From Deltaproteobacteria bacterium (lineage in GTDB: Bacteria; Myxococcota_A; UBA9160; UBA4427): a DNA stretch of 64,000 bases. Below are positions 58,914 through 64,000 of the stretch, piece by piece. Where the stretch lies: positions 15,212 to 79,211 of the forward strand of contig JAJDAN010000021.1 in assembly GCA_029261855.1 (NCBI GenBank), in the 5' to 3' direction. Made by a program: the position numbers and the translations under genes. The notes beneath the pieces are model-generated. The model searched no databases. It was not told the DNA's origin and was given only the letters and a program-made list of their open reading frames with translations. Within the stretch, counting starts at the first letter, position 1; every line of letters begins with the position of its first letter.

Positions 58914-59317
58914 GGGCGCTTCTCCTTCCCGGGCGGCAGGGTGGCCTTTTCCGGGGTCCAGACTTCCTTGCGGTTCGCGAAGCGGATCTGCTTGGGCGGG
59001 CCCGCGTCGTGTACGAGACGAAGTTCCGCGAGCTCGCCCTCGCCGATTCGATAGGCCAGCGTGTAGACGCGCCCGCGCTCGGGCGGGGGCAGCGACTCCG
59101 AGTGGACGGTCTCGATGGCGCGAACGTCCATCGTGTATTTCCCGGTCGAGAAGGTGACGAAGCCGGGCTGCAGCTCGAGGTAGCGGTCCGCGTGGCTCGG
59201 CGCGGCCGTGCGCCAGACGCCGACCATGGAAGCGGGCAAACCCTCGTCCGCCGGCTTGCAGCCGAGCGCCAGTGCGAACGCCACGCACATCGGAGCTGCC
59301 CATCGCAGGATCGCCAT
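58910..59317 (-). CDS. Hypothetical lipoprotein
   Basis: Lipobox LALGC; MVGVWRTAAPSHADRYLEL. Confidence 0.65.
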   Translation of the reverse strand: MAILRWAAPMCVAFALALGCKPADEGLPASMVGVWRTAAPSHADRYLELQPGFVTFSTGKYTMDVRAIETVHSESLPPPERGRVYTLAYRIGEGELAELRLVHDAGPPKQIRFANRKEVWTPEKATLPPGKEKRP

Positions 59318-59349
59318 CGAATCCTGAATCGGCTTCTGGCTCGGAATCT

Positions 59350-60699
59350 TTAGTTTTCGGGGACTTGGCCCGCCTGCCTGCCCGACGGACGCGCCCGGGC
59401 GTCGAGGGTCGGGAATTCCGACTGGATGTCGGCCCGGACTGCCTGGTCGAGCCCGTCCGTGTCCAGGCCGAGGACCTCGTGGAGCGCCTGGTCCACCGAA
59501 AAGCCGTGCCCGATGCGGGCCAGCAATCTCGCCCGCTGCTCCCGGGTGGTCCGTTTCTCGATCCAGCTCGCGGTCACCACCGACTCGAGATACGCGATGC
59601 GGGCATCCTCGTCGGACAGGCCCGAGAAGCTGCGGGCGATGCTGCGCAACGGGATCCACGAACCTGCAACGAGGCGTGCGTGCAGCGCCGCCCGCTCGCC
59701 GTGGGTCGACGCCGGCACCCGACGCGAGCGGCGTTCGATGCGTTCGGCCAGTCCCTCGTTGAGCCAGTAGGGGCGGTCTCCGCCGGTCTGCTCCCGGAAG
59801 AGCGCGTGGGTGTACTCGTGATAGAGGAGCGAGCGGAGCGCGCCGCTGGGATGCGCGGGAGACGCTACGTGGATGCGACCGTCGAAGAAGCCGACGGTCG
59901 CGAACGAGAAGCGGTGCCGATGCTCGCGGTCGTAGCGGGCCCGGCCGTAGAAGACGACGCCCAGGGGCTCGTCGGGCTCGACACCGAGGTCTCTCGAGAC
60001 TTCCTTGCGGGCGTCCTCGAGGTAGCGAAGCACCGTCGCCGCGTAATCGGTTCGCGTGCGGTCCAGCTCGGCGTCGACGCGGATGCGGAAGTGCGGGCTG
60101 TCCCGCCCCACCAGCTGCATCTCGCCCTGCACCTGGTTCTCGTCTGCCAGGCGGCGCTCGTCGGCCAGCGCGCGCAGGCGCTTCTCCGCGGACGCGCGTT
60201 GCGTCGACAGGTTGGCATCGGCGTTCGCCAGAAAGGCGCGCAGGTGGGCCTCGGACGAGTCGTAGCGACCGCGCTGTCGATCGAGTAGCGCGAGATACCA
60301 GTGGGCTTCAGCCCTCGTCGGGTCGAGGTCGACGACGCTGTTCAAGGTCGCCGTCGCGCGGGACGTCTCTCCGCGTCGCAAGTCTCCTTCGGCGGCCCGC
60401 AGCAGGCGCGTGATGCGGTCGGACTCGCTGCCGCCGGCGCCGGGCGGTGTGCCGGTGCGCTCCCCGAGGATCAGGTTCTCCCACAGTGCGCGGGTCTCGT
60501 CCCAGTCCGGCGACGCGCCGGCGCGATGGGCTTCCGGGACGGCGTCGGCGTCGTTGGTGAAGTGCGTGACGCCGTCCTCGTCGACCCAGACGAAGTGCTC
60601 GGCAGACGCGGCGGGCGCGATGACTGTCGCTATCACGGCCGCACAAGCGATCGGCAGGCAAGCGGCAAGCAGCACGAGGCGCGCGAGAAGAGAGGCCAC
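59350..60699 (-). CDS. DUF4124 + TPR + peptidase MA-like (gluzincin) exported protein
   Basis: WVDEDGVTHFTND; TPR (LDPTRAEAHWYLA); HEYTH...WLNEGLAE. Confidence 0.82.
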   Translation of the reverse strand: MASLLARLVLLAACLPIACAAVIATVIAPAASAEHFVWVDEDGVTHFTNDADAVPEAHRAGASPDWDETRALWENLILGERTGTPPGAGGSESDRITRLLRAAEGDLRRGETSRATATLNSVVDLDPTRAEAHWYLALLDRQRGRYDSSEAHLRAFLANADANLSTQRASAEKRLRALADERRLADENQVQGEMQLVGRDSPHFRIRVDAELDRTRTDYAATVLRYLEDARKEVSRDLGVEPDEPLGVVFYGRARYDREHRHRFSFATVGFFDGRIHVASPAHPSGALRSLLYHEYTHALFREQTGGDRPYWLNEGLAERIERRSRRVPASTHGERAALHARLVAGSWIPLRSIARSFSGLSDEDARIAYLESVVTASWIEKRTTREQRARLLARIGHGFSVDQALHEVLGLDTDGLDQAVRADIQSEFPTLDARARPSGRQAGQVPEN

Positions 60700-60719
60700 G
60701 ATTGCTCTTCGGCGCTCCT

Positions 60720-61250
60720 CTAGCGGGTCTTGACGGCCTCGGCGGCGAGGTGGCCGATCTCGGGGAGGATCAGCTTTTCCATGGCGAGCCGGACGGCCCC
60801 GCGCGAGCCGGGCACCACGAACACCACCCGCCCGGCGCAGATGCCCGCGATGGCCCGGGACAGGATCGCTGCGGACCCGATGTCCTCGTAGGACAGCAGC
60901 CGGAACAGCTCCCCGAAGCCGGGCACGATGCGGTCGAGGCGGGGTTCCACGGTGTCGGGCGTGACGTCCCGGGGCGCGACCCCGGTGCCGCCGGTGAAGA
61001 CGACCGCCCGGCTTCCGTCCAGGTCGAGGGCCGCCGCGAGCGCGGCGGCGATGGCGTCGGGCTCGTCCGGCACGATGCGGCGGTCGACCACGGCGTGGCC
61101 CGCGCCTTCGAGGAACTCGACCACGAGCGCGCCCCCTGTGTCCGTCTCGAGAGTGCGGGTGTCGCTCACGGTGACGACGCAGGTCGGCACCGACTGCACG
61201 GCGTCCTTGCGGTGATGGTGGTGTGCCGACTGGGGAGAGGACTCGCTCAC
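60720..61250 (-). CDS. moaB: Molybdenum cofactor biosynthesis protein MoaB/MogA
   Basis: VTVSDTRT, VPDE, TGGTGVAPRDVTPD, PGFGELFR, PGSRGA. Confidence 0.9.
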   Translation of the reverse strand: MSESSPQSAHHHHRKDAVQSVPTCVVTVSDTRTLETDTGGALVVEFLEGAGHAVVDRRIVPDEPDAIAAALAAALDLDGSRAVVFTGGTGVAPRDVTPDTVEPRLDRIVPGFGELFRLLSYEDIGSAAILSRAIAGICAGRVVFVVPGSRGAVRLAMEKLILPEIGHLAAEAVKTR

Positions 61251-61918
61251 GCGTGGTCGTCCACCCAGTATTCGCCGTCGGTTGCCACTTCCTTCTTCCA
61301 GATGGGAACCGTCTGCTTCAGGGTGTCGATGGCGAAGCGACAGGCTTCAAAAGCTTCGGCCCGGTGCGGCGCGGCAGCCGCGATCACGACGGCGGCCTCG
61401 CCGATCTCGAGATGTCCCGTGCGGTGGGCGATGGCGACCCGGGTGCCCGGCCAACGCTCGCCGGCGGCATCGCTGATCTTCTGCATCTCGCGTTCGGCCA
61501 TCTCGGGATAGGCCTCGTATTCGAGGTACTGGATCGAGCGTCCGCGCGCGTGGTCTCGCACGTTGCCCACGAAGGTCACGATGCCACCGGCATCGGCCCC
61601 GCTCACTCGGGCGACGACCTCGGCCTCGTCGAGGGACCGATCGGAAATGGTGCAGAGCTTGATCGCCGCTCCCGAGCCGCCCGCGACGGGCGGCAGGAAG
61701 GCGACCTCGTCGCCGTCCGACAGGACCTGGTCCGCGTCGGCCATCTCGAGGTTCACGGAAGAGGCGATGCGATCGCCCAGGCGTTCCAGGATGGGGTAGC
61801 GGTCCGCGAGGAGTTCGCGCAGATCGACGACCCGCGCGCCGTCCGGGAGTTCGAGTTCGAGTTCCTTGGCGCCGGCTTCCTCGCGCAGGGACCCGAAGAG
61901 CTTCACGGTCAGGTGCAT
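61247..61918 (-). CDS. Fused molybdopterin synthase MoaD-MoaE (MoaX-like)
   Basis: MoaD VKLFGSLREEAG...GDEVAFLPPVAGG followed in frame by MoaE GGIVTFVGNVR...LEYEAY...HRTGHL...KQTVPIWKKE. Confidence 0.92.
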   Translation of the reverse strand: MHLTVKLFGSLREEAGAKELELELPDGARVVDLRELLADRYPILERLGDRIASSVNLEMADADQVLSDGDEVAFLPPVAGGSGAAIKLCTISDRSLDEAEVVARVSGADAGGIVTFVGNVRDHARGRSIQYLEYEAYPEMAEREMQKISDAAGERWPGTRVAIAHRTGHLEIGEAAVVIAAAAPHRAEAFEACRFAIDTLKQTVPIWKKEVATDGEYWVDDHA

Positions 61919-61943
61919 GGCCGTGAACGTACAGCGACGCGGA

Positions 61944-62216
61944 TCAGATGGCGACGACGCCCGTGAGGCCCGGGATGGCAGCAACCAGGGGCTCTTCGAG
62001 CCCGATGCGCAACGTCGCCTGCTGCGCGGGACAGGTCGCGCACTGGCCCTGGAAGGACACCCGCGCGGTTCCGTCTGAGTCGACGCCGAGCAGCTCCACG
62101 TTGCCGCCGTCGGCGATCAACGCCGGGCGTAACCGGTCCAGGATGCCTTCGACCGCCTCCTGGAGCGAAGGCGGTCCCGGCGCTTCGAGCTCGTCGGAAG
62201 CCCTGTCGGAAGCCAT
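61944..62216 (-). CDS. NifU-like (Nfu domain) Fe-S carrier
   Basis: LRPALIADGGNVEL, FQGQCATCP. Confidence 0.88.
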   Translation of the reverse strand: MASDRASDELEAPGPPSLQEAVEGILDRLRPALIADGGNVELLGVDSDGTARVSFQGQCATCPAQQATLRIGLEEPLVAAIPGLTGVVAI

Positions 62217-62253
62217 GACCTCTGGATCGGCTGCCCGGCCGGCCGGGTTGAGG

Positions 62254-62730
62254 CTACTTCTTGTCGCCCGACGCCATGCCCGTCGCCCCGCCCTCGATGG
62301 GCTTGAGCGGTGAGGCGCCCGTGTTCTTGTTCTCCCGGCCCATGCTGAGGCGGCCGTTGAAGACGGCGCCTTCCTCGATGATCAGGCTCGGTGCGTTCAT
62401 GTCGCCTTCCACGTTGGCACTCTTGTGGAGCACGACCTGACGGGCCGCGTGGATGTTGCCCACGACCGTGCCGCTGACGACCACGGTGTTCGACTTGATG
62501 GTCGCTTCGATCGTGCCGGTCTCGCCGACGATCAAGGTGTTCTCGCTGGTGATCTCACCGTGGAAGGTGCCGTCGATCCGGACCGTGTCCTTGAAAGTGA
62601 GCTTTCCTTCGAACTCCGAGCCCTGGTCGATGAAAGCCGTGAGGTTCGCGCTCGCCGTGGGCGAAGCTGCGGGGGTCATCGTCGCCCCATCGTTCTCGCC
62701 CTTACCCCGACCGAAGCTGCTGATCGCCAT
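62254..62730 (-). CDS. Bactofilin (polymer-forming cytoskeletal protein)
   Basis: FIDQGSEFEGKLTF...RIDGTFHGEI...VSGTVVGNI...LIIEEGAVFNG. Confidence 0.9.
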   Translation of the reverse strand: MAISSFGRGKGENDGATMTPAASPTASANLTAFIDQGSEFEGKLTFKDTVRIDGTFHGEITSENTLIVGETGTIEATIKSNTVVVSGTVVGNIHAARQVVLHKSANVEGDMNAPSLIIEEGAVFNGRLSMGRENKNTGASPLKPIEGGATGMASGDKK

Positions 62731-63000
62731 GCCGTCTCCCTGTTGACCGTCCAGTGACTGTCCAAAAAATGGGTTGCGTGTTGAGCCGTCGACGCCCTTC
62801 TCATCGGACGTTCCGGGCACTCTCCCGGTGATCCGGGTCCCAAAACGCCCGAGACCCCGCGCGGCACCTTCTGCCCCGCACACCCCTTTTCGGCCCGGCT
62901 TCCGGGAACTTGAGAACGACCGAAAAACTGAGTAGTTGCGCCACCTTCTGCACCGCCACGGGGCGGCAGCCCACTTGCGCGGGCTGCTACGGTCCGTGCC

Positions 63001-63966
63001 ATGTGCCCCGCCGGAGCCGTCTCGCCCGCCACCGAGCCCCAGGAGCCCGGCCGGCTTCTGCGCCGCGCGCTCGAGAGCGGACGTGTGCACTCCTCGTTCC
63101 TGCTGGCTGGCGGCGGCGACGTCCCCCGCCGGGCCGCGCTCGACTTCGTTCGAGGTGTCGCCTGTCGCGGCGGCGAGGCCGGCGGCGCGCGCCCCTGCAA
63201 CCAATGCCGGGACTGCATGCTTTCCGGTGCCGAGCCGGAAGCGGGCCAGGAAATCGTCATCGACGGCACGGGCAAGGCAGGCCCCTTGTACCGACACATC
63301 GGCGACCATCCGGACCTCTACTGGGTCGACCGCGGTGGCGAAGGGACGCGGGTGCGAATCAGCCAGGTGCGCGCGCTCCAGCAGGCCCTGCGGCTCGCGG
63401 CCAACGAGGGTGGCTGGCGGGCGGCGGTGATCGCCGACGCCGAGTGGCTCAACGTCGAGGCCCAGAACGCCCTGCTGCATCTGCTCGAAGAGCCACCCGA
63501 TCGCACTTGCCTGGTGCTGGTGACCAGCAGCCCCGCGGGCCTGCTCGCGACCATCCGGTCCCGCTGCCAGAAGGTCTTGTTCCCGCGCGCAGGTCGCCCT
63601 CCCCTGCGCGGCCACGAGGACGGGTCCGGGGACGAGGGAGTCGACGAGGAGACCGCGAACCTGGCAGAACGGTTCGACCAGCTCGGCAAGTACGACACCG
63701 CCACCCTGCTCGACTGGGCCGAGGAATACCGAGGGGCTCGTGCCGTCGCGGCCGCGCGTGTCCAGACCCTGCTCGCGGTGGGCTCCGAATGGCTGCGCGA
63801 GCGCGTCGCCCTGACGGTAGAAGCCGGAGACGCAGCCGTACGCGCAGAGCTCGACGCCTTCCAGGCCCTGGCGCGGTGCCGGAAGGACCTGTCGCAAAGA
63901 AATGCGAATCCGCAAATGGTCGCCGAGCGCGCCCTGTTCGCTGTAAGGTCCGCGGTCACCCGCTGA
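63001..63966 (+). CDS. holB: DNA polymerase III delta-prime subunit
   Basis: GRVHSSFLL, PCNQCRDC, HPDL, AQNALLHLLEEPP, LLATIRSRCQ. Confidence 0.88.
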   Translation: MCPAGAVSPATEPQEPGRLLRRALESGRVHSSFLLAGGGDVPRRAALDFVRGVACRGGEAGGARPCNQCRDCMLSGAEPEAGQEIVIDGTGKAGPLYRHIGDHPDLYWVDRGGEGTRVRISQVRALQQALRLAANEGGWRAAVIADAEWLNVEAQNALLHLLEEPPDRTCLVLVTSSPAGLLATIRSRCQKVLFPRAGRPPLRGHEDGSGDEGVDEETANLAERFDQLGKYDTATLLDWAEEYRGARAVAAARVQTLLAVGSEWLRERVALTVEAGDAAVRAELDAFQALARCRKDLSQRNANPQMVAERALFAVRSAVTR

Positions 63967-64000
63967 ACGAAGAGCCTCGAGTACCCCAGACCATGTCCCG

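Noticed and set aside
63993-64000. Start of a next gene after holB
   Set aside because: Only 8 nt are visible, too little to call.

Overview
High-GC bacterial chromosome segment; the gene content suggests Myxococcota or a related deltaproteobacterial lineage (inference). The left ~27 kb is an accessory region lying off the 3' end of a tmRNA gene (27384-27749, minus strand, tag ADDNYALAA). It hides three selenoprotein genes that the ORF track splits at in-frame TGA codons, each with a SECIS-like hairpin right after the TGA: a GrdB/PrdB-like UxxC protein (784-1686), a membrane-anchored AhpC/Prx-like UxxC protein (1829-2584) and an AhpD/CMD-like CxxU protein (25587-26168). An ~18 kb block is bracketed by two ~90% identical alpha/beta-hydrolase genes. 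It holds a CzcCBA metal efflux operon with a Cys/His leader ORF, an ECF sigma/anti-sigma/three Spy-CpxP module with three copies of a GGTAACCC-N16-CG[T/A]C promoter, acr3, OsmC-YcaO, gene relics and a MocR regulator. A terminase-like relic abuts the tmRNA. The right part is mostly core genome: ceramidase-like protein, a histidine kinase lacking the canonical H-box His, the RDD/SpoIIM/DUF58/MoxR cluster, smpB, panBCD with a pan RNA motif and attenuator, rsmA, tsaD, dksA, tolQRAB-cpoB without pal, pepA, cytochrome c, rpoH-like sigma, a pseudopilin/HD-GYP module, moaB, a moaD-moaE fusion, nifU-like, bactofilin and holB. All calls come from motif recognition by eye; no searches were run.
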